Shown here piece after piece: positions 1 to 13,211 of a stretch of DNA of 64,000 nt. The stretch comes from Balanoglossus misakiensis (Eukaryota > Animalia > Hemichordata). Where the stretch lies: assembly GCA_040954595.2 (NCBI GenBank), contig CM082592.2, positions 9,535,677 through 9,599,676 on the forward strand, in the 5' to 3' direction. Each line of letters opens with the position of its first letter. The first letter of the stretch is position 1. A model generated the notes under the pieces. It made no database searches. It saw nothing but the letters and a program-made list of their open reading frames with translations, and was not told where the DNA came from. The position numbers were made by a program, and so were the translations under genes.

Positions 1-90
1 CTTAGTTGCCATGGTTGGATTTTTTTTCTGAGTCATGTGACCATTTCTGTACTTGTTGAATTATGACTCAATTTGCTGATTTTCTTTCAG

Positions 91-3000
91 TTCTACAGAG
101 TGCCTTGCTTCTGACAGAAAGGCTTCTGATGGATCACGCACAGAGACTATCACCTGATGTTGTTGGGTAGGTGTCTGTTTCTCTCGAATAAATGTCCATT
201 TCACTCTTGCAGTTGTCTGTTTCTCTGTTTGGGTTGTCTATTTATCTGCAATAGATTATCTACAATGGTTGCCTGGTAACTTAGGTAAATCTTTTTCCCC
301 AGGCAATATCAGCGTGCTTTAGTATCGCTGCTTGTTCATCCCACATGGAGCCTGCGCCAAAGTGCTCACCAGAGTTGTGGGAAGTTGCTGAAAGCAGTTG
401 GAGGGACGGAGCTGGCCTACGGGCTGCTGAGGGAATTCAGAGCGATACTGGCCACACAGAAGGTGAGTGGTTTTTGTGAGAAAAGTAAAGATCAGCAACA
501 GCGAATGTCCATAAAACAGCGATTGCCAATCTCTGAGTGTGATGAATGAGAGTCTTTTATCATTCGTCAAATCTTAACCAATCACGACTTCCGTTCTTTC
601 GCCACTCCAAGGTCATCGACTGGGAGGCGTTGTCCCAGGAAACAGAAGAAGGCAGTGCTGAGACCTCCAAGATGATTCGTCCCAAGATTTTGGCGTCAGC
701 GCTCCGGACCATAGTGTTGGGGCCAGAGCTAGAAAGCAACCAACAAGAGAGTCGGAAGCTGGCCATGGAAATCTTACTGGATGTACACCACCAATGCCTA
801 GGTTGGTGTCATTTAACTTCTTTATTGAAACACTGCTTTATAACCTGTAGATTCTCAAAGTTTACTAATCGTTGCTTCTATTTGATCGCACACTCGTTCA
901 TTAACCTATGATGTTATTTCAGTTTGTGCCAATAGTAACCTGTGGACCGATTTGGCGTTGAAACTGAAAGTGGACCCACTGAAGTTTGTCCAAGACAATG
1001 TGGATGAGATAATGACCTTGCTGACAGCCGAAAACAAGATTACTGAGGTAATGCAATCAAGTGTTATAGTGGAAACTTATCTATGGTTGTCTATAGTGGT
1101 CACGTTGTTACAGGGACTGAACTTGAGAGTGTGTACCATGTCTACATGTACCATGTGTACATGTCAAGGGTAATTTACAATTCATTCTTTTGTCTGAACA
1201 GCCCACACTGAATACTTTGAAGACCCTGGTGTTCATTTCACCCAAGGAGATCCTGCCCCGTGTCATAGGTCACACCACCAGTTGTCTTGACAACCCGGGA
1301 GCATATGCCATACAAAGGGAAGAGTATGCGATCATGCTGACACCCGAGGGGACCGTGTACGACAAATCGGAGATTGAAAGGTGAGGTTCAACAATCTAAC
1401 CTTATTGTTATATGATCTGGTGAACAAATGACAAAAAACTACTTCAATTCCTGGACTTTTGAGTGGCCTTGATCATAATGGACACAGATGAAGTTATGTA
1501 CGTTTTTTCTGAATGCGATTACTTTCTTTCCAGTGCTGGCAAAGCCGAGATGCTGAACAAGGGATCCATGCGTCGGGAAAACAAGGCTTATTCCTTCAAG
1601 GATCAGCTGATGGAGATAGAACTGAGAAAGGTAGGTTTGTCAAACAGGACTGAATTCATAACTGGACATTGATATCACATCACATAGACAATGATATGGA
1701 TTATTCTCTGTAAATTCAGGAACTGGAAGCAAAGAAAGCAGCCAAAGGCGGGAAACAAGAACCCAAACTGACAAAGAAACAACTGGAGCTGAGACAGGCA
1801 CAGCTAGAAAAGGAAGCTGCCGTCCGAGTGAAATTTCAGGAGGTAAGTCAGCCAGGTTCTGCAGTCATTTATATGTAATAGAACACATGCAAATGTAATC
1901 CAATTCCCCTGTCGCACATGCCAAAATGTGAAGAAACTGCCATTTGCTCAGTAATCCTTGAATAAAAGATTTTTGTGTGGGATTATGAGTTTATCATCAC
2001 TGCCTTCGTTCTTGCAGCTTGACATACAGCTGTCGAACACTACCTCCATGCTGGAGTCCTGCATCCATGGCAACCCCAAGGCTATGAGGGAGCACATTCC
2101 CACAGTGCTGAGGAGTCTGTTTTCTCTGACGTCCTCATTGTTAGCAGCTCCTCATGTCACTCTGGTGTTCCTGTGCCTGAAGAATTGTGCATTTGAACAA
2201 GAATTGAAGGATCTCGGTGAGTTTGATTTCACATCGGTTGAGGTCATGTATTTTGTATGTTTGCATGTTTCCATGCCTACGACCCGAGTATTTGGTGTGT
2301 AGATGTACCATAGGCAGATATACACCTGTGTGCCAAATCTTCATCCATTTTCTGTAATTTCTAAAGTTTCCAATTTGATTAATATGCACAGGTACTGTTG
2401 TGGCCTACACAACTCTCAGACTACTTGACCCACAATGCAGCATCGACCACGAATGGTGTCAGGAGGATCTCATCAGCCAGGTCACGCGCGTCGTCAACCT
2501 CCTCCACGACAGCACCGTGCCGGCCAAGAAGAAGAAGCAGAGCTACGTGCTCGGGGAGAAGAAAGTCTGCCCTCTGCCGGCCGCCAGCTTCGCCTACTGC
2601 TTCCCTTTCTTGAAGTGCATCCTGCAGAGCGGAGGCAAAGCGGTGAAGGGCGAGGACGAGGTGATGGAGAAGGCTGTGGAGATCATCATGGAGCACGCCA
2701 AGTTGAGATCGCACACGCAGCCAGAAGATCAGGAGATTGATGAGGTCAGTGTGGTTAATTATGGAATAGTAGGACTTGCAACAGACACGAATATTAATGA
2801 GCATGAACATTAATGATACATTTTTTGTCCATACATAATAGGCGGGGCCTGATCTTTTGCCCAGAAGGGACATGCTTCAGCTGTTGGCCAACCTGATTGG
2901 CACAAGTACTCCGATGGTACAGCACATGAGCACCAAAGCGATGGTCGACGTCTGTCAGTGTGCCAGTGGAGCTGAGGGGTGTACGATAGCTGAGCAGGAT

Positions 3001-6000
3001 GAGATCGATGTGTTGTCCGAGGCTTTGCTGTCTCCCTGTAGCACCGTGAGGCTGGCGTCTCTACAGGTAGGAATCTGATGAAATATGGAAGGTTTCGCCT
3101 TTAATGACGTTGCTTGACATTCACGTGATAATAATCCTAATGCTGCTAGTTTACAACCAATTCCTTGATTCTTCTCTTTCTCTCGAACTACTCAGGGTTT
3201 GCTGGCCCTCATGCTGGTCTTGCCTACTCCAGATGAGAGTTACGAGAACTCTGTCAACCTGATGCAGAGAATTTGGGTGGCCAAGTACGATATGGAGGAA
3301 GACAACGTCAAACTTGCAGACAAGTATGTTGGAAGCACTCCTCTTCTTGATTAAAATGCAAAAGATTTCGCATAACATCACATTGATTTTTCTGTGTGTG
3401 CAGAAACAAACCATGATTGTTTTGTACATTGTTCTTATGTACTCAGACTGTGGGACAACTATGGCTTCGATCTGGATCCAGTGTTGTGCAAACGCTTGAT
3501 CAAGGACGTCATACACAATGAGGAGGTGATCAGAGAGGCGGCCTCGGCAGCGCTGGCCAGTGCCATCGAGAAATTTCCAGAACAGGGACCAGATGTGTTG
3601 AAGGAAATGTTTGAGATCTATGAGAAAAAGCTTGTGGTAAGTCATGCCAGTGATAACGTCAAAAATTCCTTCTCTCAGTAATTTAAATTTTAGGTACATA
3701 TAATGTTAGTTGTCACTTTTCAATGTAGGTCATACCACCTGTGCTGGATACCCTTGGCAGAGTTGTGAGAGAATCTCCACCGGACGAGTTTTACGCACGT
3801 TGCGGCGTCGCCCTGGCAATCAAGAAGATGTCACCGCATCTAGGACAGGACCAAATCACACCCCTCTTCAATTTCTTCGTTCCAAAAGCCCTCGGAGACC
3901 GGAGTTCGGAAGTTCGACAGAAGATGGTGGACGCGTCCCTTGCAGCCATTAATTGCCATGGAAAAGTAAGTTTGTGTTTGTGTGAATTGCATAAGGTAGT
4001 TTCTTTTACAATTGCGTCATACAGTTACTGAACCACAGTGTGTGTATGTATGCATGCACACAACTGAACTAGTTAGCTCCAAGTTACATCACGCATACAT
4101 GTACCAGGGTACGTCAGTAACAGCTTATGGAATCTCATGGCATCTGTCATCCTACAGGATAATGTTAGCAATCTCCTGTCGGTGTTTGAGGACTGTCTGG
4201 ACAAAGTGCCAGACTCCCACAGCTACGACGCAGTCCGACAGAGTGTGGTCATCCTGATGGGCTCACTCGCCAGACATCTTGACAAGGATGACCCCAAGGT
4301 CAAACCCATCGTAGGCAAACTGATCACTGCCTTGTCGACGCCTTCGCAACAGGTAAGCATTTTGAGATATGGGGCTATCTTGATGAGTTGTGAGATGTGA
4401 CACTGTTCAACCAATAGTGTGTGAGACTCCTGTATGTATACATTGATGAGAGCTGTGTGGACATTTCTCTGCTAAAACAACAAGCGATTCACTGCACACA
4501 GGTACAAGAGGCTGTGGCCAACTGTCTCCCACCGCTGGTCCCGGCAATCAAGGACAATGCTCCGGGACTCGTGGAACAGCTGCTCAAACTGCTGCTGGAT
4601 TCGGAAATCTACGGCGAGAGGAAGGGCGCGGCATACGGTTTGGCCGGATTGGTGAAAGGCCTGGGCATTCTCTCCTTGAAACAGTTGGAGATCATGCCCA
4701 AGCTGACGACAGCCATACAGGACAAGAAAAATTTCCGACACAGAGAAGGTAAATGTGCATATTCTGTTTCATAGCCAGACTGACTTGTAGTGGTAAGGTG
4801 TTCTGGGGTTTTCTAAAAATTCCAAATAAAGTTTATATTGGCATCTGTATTGCTTGTCCAAGTCACTGTCTTTCAAGTCGTCCTGGATTTATAAATAACT
4901 GATGATCTCTCAAACACGTCCTCTTCACAGGTGCACTGTTTGCATTTGAGATGTTATGCATCATGCTGGGAAGACTGTTTGAACCGTACGTAGTGCACGT
5001 ACTTCCACACCTGTTGCTGTGTTTTGGCGATAGCAACCAATATGTCAGGGAGGTAAGTCACATCAAATTTTGACAGATTTGTGTTAATGATAGGTAAGAC
5101 ATGTTGATGTTTGTACTGATGATAAACCGAAGGAAAATATTGTAGGATTGAACAAAGACAACATGGGTGCCTTTGATTCAACATTTGTTTTGTCTGTTGG
5201 CCAGGCAACTGACGACACAGCCAAAGCTGTGATGAGTAAACTAAGTGGGCATGGAGTCAAGCTGGTGTTGCCGTCACTGCTTCAAGCGCTGGAAGAAGAG
5301 TCTTGGCGAACCAAAGCAGGTATGTGACTCTGCTGGGTCAAAGGTCATAATGGCTCCAGATATTACTGTGGAAAGGGTATTAATAATGCTGTGCTAATTA
5401 AAATAAGCCGGAATACTGGTGTTTAGACATTCTAATGTACTTCAGGAACTGTGGACAAGGAACTGAAAAAGTTCCCCAGTGATTTTTCGTCGTTTTAAAA
5501 ATTGGCCGTATTTCTTTGACAACCCTGACAGGTTCTGTGGAGTTGTTAGGCGCCATGGCTTACTGTGCACCAAAACAACTATCTTCGTGTCTACCAACTA
5601 TTGTGCCGAAATTGACCGAGGTGCTGACAGACTCCCACGTCAAAGTTCAGAAAGCTGGTCAGCAGGCCTTGAAACAGATTGGATCGGTTATTAAGAATCC
5701 TGAAATTCAAGGTAAGAAGTGTCAACCTTTCACCCCCATTTTCGTTTGGTACGGTCCTGATGTTTGAATGGAGAAAATATAATTGCTGAAAGTAGAATAT
5801 TTGAAGTGCTGTGACATGCATCCATGCGGGCTACTTAATTGGTTTGTGTGTTTTTTACCCTTTCAGCCATTGTGCCAGCCTTGCTAGATGCCATCAGTGA
5901 CCCAGCCAGAAAGACAGCGAAATGTCTACAGGTTCTCCTCAACACAAAGTTTGTACATTTCATCGATGCACCCTCCTTAGCTCTGATCATGCCAGTTGTA

Positions 6001-9000
6001 CATCGTGCGTTCCAGGATAGGTCGACCGAGACCAGGAAGATGGCAGCTCAGATTATTGGCAACATGTACTCCCTCACGGATCAAAAGGTATTCTTTCATG
6101 TTTGTGTATCTTTGTTTTGTGGTGCAACACATGATTTTGTGTCTTTGAACTGTCAAGAATTTGAATGCAAACAGTGTTTATGGCTCACACCTCATCATAT
6201 GACCTTGTTTTTTTTCCTGTAGGACTTGGGACCGTATTTACCCAGTGTTCTACCGGGACTCAAGGCATGTCTGCTGGATCCTGTTCCAGAGGTAAGAGGC
6301 AAAGCTGGGATAGAGTTGCCAGTCTCTCATTTCCGTGTTCATTTAGAACATTGGGCGATTGTATTTGGATGGCTCTCAAAGAACATTTTCCTCTCCCCTT
6401 CAAGGAATACATGATAGTATACAGTAACTGAGTTTTACTTTTTTTCTCCAGGTACGAAATGTGTCATCGCCTGCCCTGGGTGCCATCATCAAGGGTATGG
6501 GTGAGAGTGGCTTCGATGATCTGTTGCCATGGTTAATGGAAAAACTCACCTCAGAGAATAGTTCAGTGGACAGGTCAGGAGCTGCTCAAGGTGAGAAACC
6601 AAGCATGGCCACCCCTGTGTTTGTGAAATAAATGGAATAATCCAGAATCACCTTTGTAACTGATTTGTTTTCAAGTTGTTCGGTCCGTTAATCACTGAGT
6701 GAAAAGGCCTTTTGATTTATATCGTGAACATCTTTTTCTTCACACAGGGTTGAGTGAGGTAGTAGCTGGCCTTGGCATTGAAAAACTCCAGAAGTTGATG
6801 CCTGACATTATAGAAACAGCCAGCAGAAGTGATATACAGCCGCATATCCGAGACGGCTACATCATGATGTTCATCTATTTGCCAAGCACCTTTGGTGATG
6901 CCTTCACACCGTATATTGGTGAAGTGATTCCATCAATATTACAGGTAAAGTTTTCCTGGTTTGACGTGGTGATTCTTTGTGACACTGGACACAGAAGTTT
7001 TGTTCTGAGCAAGGTTCCAGGGATTAAAGGGACACCTACTGAAATGTTATTTTTTCCCATGACTTCCCAGGCTCTGGCAGACGAAAATGAGTATGTCAGA
7101 GAAACCGCTCTCAAAGCAGGCCAGCGTATCATCAGCATGTACGCCCAGACGGCGATAACCGTGTTCCTGCCTGAGCTGGAGAATGGACTGTTTGATGAAA
7201 ACTGGCGGATCCGATACAGCTCGGTGCAGCTGTTGGGCGACTTGCTGTTCCATATCTCCGGTGTGACGGGCAAGATGACCACAGTGGGTGCCGAGGATGA
7301 CAACTTCGGCACGGAGAAGTCGACAAAGGTGAGGCCAGTCTAGATTCCCAAATTGGAACCTGTATATAGTGGCCAGTCAAGGGACTTTTCTATCTACATG
7401 GCCTTTATAGACAGGTGGCCTATATAGACAGGTCCATTAATGCACTTGTAAATTGCACAGGGACTGTAACAAAGTGGCCACTGTATAGAAGTGGCCTCTA
7501 ACACAGGTTTGAATGTATAAGAACAATAATTCACTATCTTTGTTCTCCAGGCCATTGTTGAAATCCTTGGGAAGGAACGACGCAACCGTGTCCTAGCTGG
7601 GCTGTACATGGGCCGATCCGACACAGCATTGATGGTGCGCCAGGCGGCACTGCATGTGTGGAAGGTTGTTGTGGTGAACACTCCGAAGACCCTGCGAGAA
7701 ATCCTGTCAACGCTCTTCCAGTTGTTGTTGGGATGTTTGGCCAGCACCAGTTATGACAAGCGTCAGGTGGGTTTAGGAGATTTGCGTGTTGACAATGGGA
7801 ACAGTATGCCGTAGTTAAGAATCACGCAGCATACTGCTGTGCATTGCATGAACTGCAATAATGCCAGTGATTTCAGTATTGTTGAATGTCATACATTTTC
7901 AGTTGATACTGGACCTTTCTCTCGTTCTTTGACTTTCACAGGTGGCAGCAAGGACTCTAGGAGACCTTGTCCGCAAACTGGGAGACCGGGTACTGCCAGA
8001 CATTATCCCGATCCTCGGCCAGAGCTTGGACTCAGACCAAGCCGACCAGAGACAAGGGGTGTGTGTGGGTCTCACTGAAATCATGAGCTCCACCAGCAGA
8101 GAGCAGGTCCTGATGTATGTGGACAATCTGATACCGACCGTGACACGAGCGCTGGTGGACCCCCTGCCGGAAGTCCGACAGGCCGCTGCACAGACATTTG
8201 ATAACCTTCATGGCACAATAGGTTAGCAGGGGATTTTTTAGATAAAATTTATTCCAGTTTTTCAACAAGGTCATAGCTGTTTTTATTTAGTTTCTCATGG
8301 GTAACCAACTATAATTTTAACTGTGTTTTTTTCAAACCAGGCCACCAAGCCTTAGATGAAATTTTACCAACTCTACTGCAGAAGTTGAATGACCCAGATG
8401 TGGGAGCATATGCTTTGGATGGCCTCAGGGAAGTTATGGCCGTCAAAAGTAGAGTTGTCTTGCCCTATTTAGTACCCAAGGTAAGCCGTGAGAAATGTTG
8501 CTGACAGAAGTTTAGTTTGTGATAGTAACCATATGTGCAGTCAAATTTTCATGTTTTTTTCTCAGGACATTATGGCTATCAGTCATATTTCTAATACAAA
8601 TAATTGATAAATTTTTTCTTGTTTGATTCAGTTAATTGCACGACCCGTGAACATCAAAGCCCTGGCCATTCTGTCAGAGGTCGCTGGTGATGCATTGATG
8701 AGACATCTTAATAAAATACTTCCAGCTTTGTTGGGTGCCTTGGAAGAGACAGCTGGGACTGAAGAAGAAAAAGAAGTAAGAAAAGTAGTGTTGTTTAAAA
8801 AAACTATAAGTTTGTCTCAATTGTGGAGAAACAGGAGACTATTTCTGTGTGTGTATGCAAATAAGTGAAAAGTCACATGTGTGTCACATGACAGTTTTGG
8901 CCAATGAATAGTGTTGATTATTGTCTCTTGACAGAACTTAATTCACTGTCAAGCGCTGGTGTTGTCGGTGACCAACGAGCAAGGCGTGCGAACCATCATG

Positions 9001-12000
9001 GACGAACTCCTGAACGCCACCAAGAATAAATCCCCCGGAATGAGGAAAGCGTCCGTCGTCATTCTCAACGAACTCTGCACACACTCCAGGGCCGATCTCT
9101 CGTCGTACGTGCCATCGCTGTTCAGTGCCCTCATTCAGCTATTTACAAACGATGACAACGCGGTTCTGGAGATCAGCTGGAATACACTCAATGCTGTTGT
9201 CAAGGTGAGGCATGGCAAAACAATAGTAAACTGTGGTGCCCACTTATATTTTTAGTCGTTACATATACATGTACATGTAATGCGTACATTATTGAACTCT
9301 ACGGTAGGAAACAAGATTGGGTTTGACCTGGGCTGTTTCGATCTCTCATTCACTTTGTCCCTTTTTTCCTCTGCACAGAGGCTTGATGCTGCAGAACAGC
9401 TTCAACACATTGGTTCTGTCCGTCAAGCAGTGAGGTACATCAAGGATGACATCAAGGGAGACACACTGCCTGGCTTCTGTCTTCTGCCCAAGAAGGTAAA
9501 ATTTTCTCTGTCTGTTTGTGCCGCATTGTGCATGCATTGGAGAGAAGGCACTGGTTATGGGGAAAATAAAATCCATGCATTTGAGAGACCATGAGTGTTT
9601 CAACTGAACATGTTACCATTACTATGAATTCAAATGGTTGTTCATGTTCTCTCTTTCAGGGAATTACACCTATCCTGCCCATCTTCAGAGAAGGAATTCT
9701 AAACGGTGCTCCTGAACAGCGAGAGGCGGCGGCCAAGGGACTGGGAGAGGTGATCAAACTCACCAGTGCCGAAGCTCTGAAACCATCGGTGGTGAACATC
9801 ACAGGGCCGCTCATCCGTGTGTTGGGTGATCGCTTCAGCTGGAATGTCAAAGTTGCCGTGTTGGACACTCTGGGCTTGCTGCTTGCAAAGGTTTGTCTGT
9901 AACTGATGTATAATTTGTTTGATGTGCATAATTTGTTTGATTTGCATAATTCATGTGATAATTCTTGAAACACTGATATGCATTTTTTTCTCCACAGGTG
10001 GGTGTTATGCTGAAACCATTCCTGCCACAGCTGCAGACCACTTTCTTGAAAGCCCTGAACGACCCCAACAGAGCCGTGCGTCTCAAAGCGGCATCGGCTC
10101 TGGAGAAACTCATCGTCATTCACACCAGAGTGGACCCCCTGTTCACAGAGTTGCATACCAGCGTGAAGAATGCAGACGACAACAGCATCAGGTAAGTGAC
10201 AGTGGGGACATTGTACAGTGAAACCTGTCTAAAGCGGACACCAAAGAAGCTAAGAATACTGCCCGGTTTGCAGAGGTGTCTGGTTTACTGAGGTTCTTTA
10301 AACATATGGCTTGTGTGAAGGGTTAACTAACCAGTCACTTTTGTTACTTATGTATTTCCTACCATTGGTTTCAAGACCCACCTATAATTTTGTTATCGCT
10401 GTATTTTCTTCAGGGAGACAACATTACATGCTTTGAGGGGCGTTATCAGTGGAGCAGGGCAGAAGATGGGTGATGCAGTCAGAAAGACTATAACGACTAC
10501 ATTGATTGGCATGCTGGGAATAGCAGAGGTAGTGTTATGTTTTTTTATAGTTTCTCTACTACGACAGAAGGGTTGAATCATTGTTTTTTGGTAAATTCAT
10601 GTCAACTTGCACATTTTTTCACACATACAGGGTGTGTTATCTGAGTGTCTTATTTTCTTTCTCTTCACAGGATGTCAGTCGCCTGTCTGCAGCTGGATGT
10701 GTTGGTGCTCTGTGTACCTGCTTGCCTGATGCAGAACTGGTGTCTTTGCTTGATGATCATTTACTTGGCAAGTATCATATAATGTGGTTCTAATCTGTAC
10801 GGTAGTCTAGCAGTGTTAAAAGGTTACGTACTGTACAATGTGTGTGTGTCAAGTTAGTACATGTATATACAGTGCAAGTAAAGTGTGGCAAAAGTGTACA
10901 GCTCATATCAAAGTATACCAGCGCCCCTAGTGGCCGAATTTGCAATCAGACAGTGAGATCTAACCAACGTTTTTGTTGTGTCCCCCCTTCAACAGTTTGT
11001 GATCCCAGTCTAGACTGGGCGTTGAGACACGGACGCAGCGTTGCCTTGGCGATTGCGCTCAAAGAAGCCCCAGAGAGGATCATGTCAGAGAGAGAAGATG
11101 CTGTGATGAGTTCCGCCATGACAAATGCCACCACAGACAGGGTATGTTGCATCTTTCCTCTCTGAGCAAGCATATAATGTCCACAATATTTACATGGAGT
11201 TTACAATGGTGTCCACATTTTTCAGTGTGGCCCAAAGATGTTATTTCTACACTAAGATGTTTCTCATACCAGTAAAGTAACAAGGAGATGCACATCTTTT
11301 AGTGAGTGCAATAATTTGTCACATTTAGTTCAAAGCTTGACTCAAGACAAAAGGTCTTAATGTTACTGCCATATTTTCTCCTTCAGATCCCAATCTGTGT
11401 AAGTGGCATACAGTCACTGGGATTCCTGATGAAGTACTTCGTGACCAACAATCAGCCGGTCCAACAGAGTATCGTCTCGACACTAGTCAAGGTAAGATAA
11501 TCATTCTATAATCAGGGTATACTTTCCAGCTGAGGACAGAAGTAGGATTTCCTCCTCGTGATCCTGAAGGGCCGGTCTCCATAAAATATTTTACAGCAGC
11601 GATTGAGTTTCATTCAACTTATCTTTTGATCCTCTTTGCATGATCACATTTTCTCTCAAAGACTTAGGGATTATTTTCACCTCGTATTTAATGTTTAAAT
11701 GCCTGCAAAGCACTCGCTTGATGCCACTGACATGCAGTTGTTTTGTTAAACTTAAATGACTCACCCAATGTGCCCTTCTCCTCTTCTCTCTCTGTGCACA
11801 GAGTATGAACCACGCCTCCAACGACATCAAGGTCAAGGCCGGACACATGATCCACTACGTGGCCAAAGAGGCGCAGCAGCCCCTGGAGATGACCATCATC
11901 CGGCCACTGGTGGTGGTGCTGGTCAGTACGGTCAAGGAGAGGAACACCATGGTGCAAGCCAGCAGCGAACAGGCCCTGGTCAGTCTCTTGAAGCTTCGAG

Positions 12001-12251
12001 AGGGAGACAATGTTCTCAAAGTGAGTACATGTATAAAGCTTCCTTGCCCCCTACCTCCCCATTCTCCTATCTGATATATAACCGATATGAGTCTCATGGT
12101 CTCTGTTTTGTTTCTGATTCCACAGAATGTCCTCAGCGAGTTGGACTCCATTCCGGCCGAGAATCTCAACGAAGTTCTGAAGAGACTACACAAAGTAGCA
12201 AACCAACCTGAAATGGCCGACGAGGATATGGATGAGACGTTGCTTCACTGA
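91..12251 (+). CDS. GCN1: eIF2-alpha kinase activator GCN1 (HEAT-repeat protein); 5'-truncated multi-exon gene, ~37 exons in window
   Basis: Spliced exons translate to recognisable GCN1 segments: [16 protein letters not shown] (91-166, 303-462), [141 protein letters not shown]. The last exon 12126-12251 ends [11 protein letters not shown]. Introns are GT-AG except one GC-AG. Confidence 0.97.
7349..7517. mobile_element. Degenerate Tc1/pogo-type MITE remnant in a GCN1 intron
   Basis: Left end (c)aaattggAACCTG and right end CAGGTTtgaatgTA form imperfect inverted termini. Internal repeats are TATAGACAGGT x2 and GTGGCC x4. Confidence 0.5.
10214..10296. mobile_element. Partial Tc1/pogo-type MITE remnant in a GCN1 intron
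   Basis: Begins TA-CAGTGAAACCTGTCTAAAGCGGACACC (pogo-like CAGT terminus after TA), with partially complementary GGTGTCTGGTTTACTGAGGTTC downstream. Confidence 0.45.
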
Positions 12252-12394
12252 AGCCTTCATGAACTCTGAATGTTTTGTTTCATTGTGTTAATATGCAAAT
12301 TGATCTATGCTATTTGCATGTGAACTTTCAACAGGTGGTGAGAATCCACTACCGCAAGGAGATACAAACCAAATCATGATCTGGTTCTGCAGAA

Positions 12395-12738
12395 AATAAA
12401 GCTGAAATTTCTGTTGAGTGTTCATATATTTTTTTTTCAAACACACAAGCAAAAATAGCCAACAACTTTTCTTCTCATTTGAATTAATGTATGCATCATG
12501 GCATGAAACACATGTACCCGAACCATCTTTTGGGGACCAATCCATTCCTCAAGAACTACAGGGGTGGCTTATCTTTTTTTTTTGTAGTAGTAGATACATT
12601 TCAACCAAAGCCCTGAATAAAGATAATATTTTCATGGTGTATTGTTGTCAATGTCGAATATGTAGTCAAGTACTGTATATGCTGATTCCACAGTCTCGAC
12701 AAGACTGGAAATTGTCTTTGCTATGAGAAGCCATTAAA
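12395..12738 (+). promoter_or_regulatory. Candidate GCN1 polyadenylation signals
   Basis: AATAAA at ~12395 and ~12616 and ATTAAA at 12733, downstream of the stop codon at 12251. Confidence 0.45.
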
Positions 12739-13063
12739 CAACAGAATTTATGGGGGGGGGGGGGGGACAGTTGTTACGAGAATGAACCTGAACCTCATGA
12801 TTTTAACAACTGGAGACAGCCGTCACATCCAATCACGAGACTATTGGGAAATTCTTTCACACTTAACTTTCACTGAATTCTGTCAAGAGATTTTACTCCG
12901 CAAATGAAGTTACCCACAGTGCAATAGCAAGTGTCGCCATGACAACACAATTTGACAGTTTCACAAACTTTTAGGTAGGCCTATTTTGGATATGCTGCTA
13001 TGTTTATTTGACACGCCCCTTTGCGCACGGTAGCCAAAAAAAGTCTCTGATTTTAACTTTTTT

Positions 13064-13211
13064 CCAATCAGGCAGCGAAAATGTTCTGTAAGGCGTTGGA
13101 CTTTAAAATTTATAAGCTTGGCAAAAGCTATAAAAGATCAGCGCTAAAACATGCATGTCGTTCTTTGCTCAAACATCCGCGGAGAGAACAAAGCGACAAA
13201 ATACGGTAAGC
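13064..13211 (+). promoter_or_regulatory. Candidate Pol II promoter and short first exon of an unidentified + strand transcript
   Basis: CCAAT at 13064, TATAAAAG at 13129-13136, an Inr-like TCGTTC ~30 nt later and a strong donor ACG|GTAAGC at 13206. Confidence 0.5.

Noticed and set aside
12752-12766. G15 run after the GCN1 3' UTR, and similar G/C runs near 17763, 22221 and 25840
   Set aside because: Simple homopolymers with no further supporting structure.
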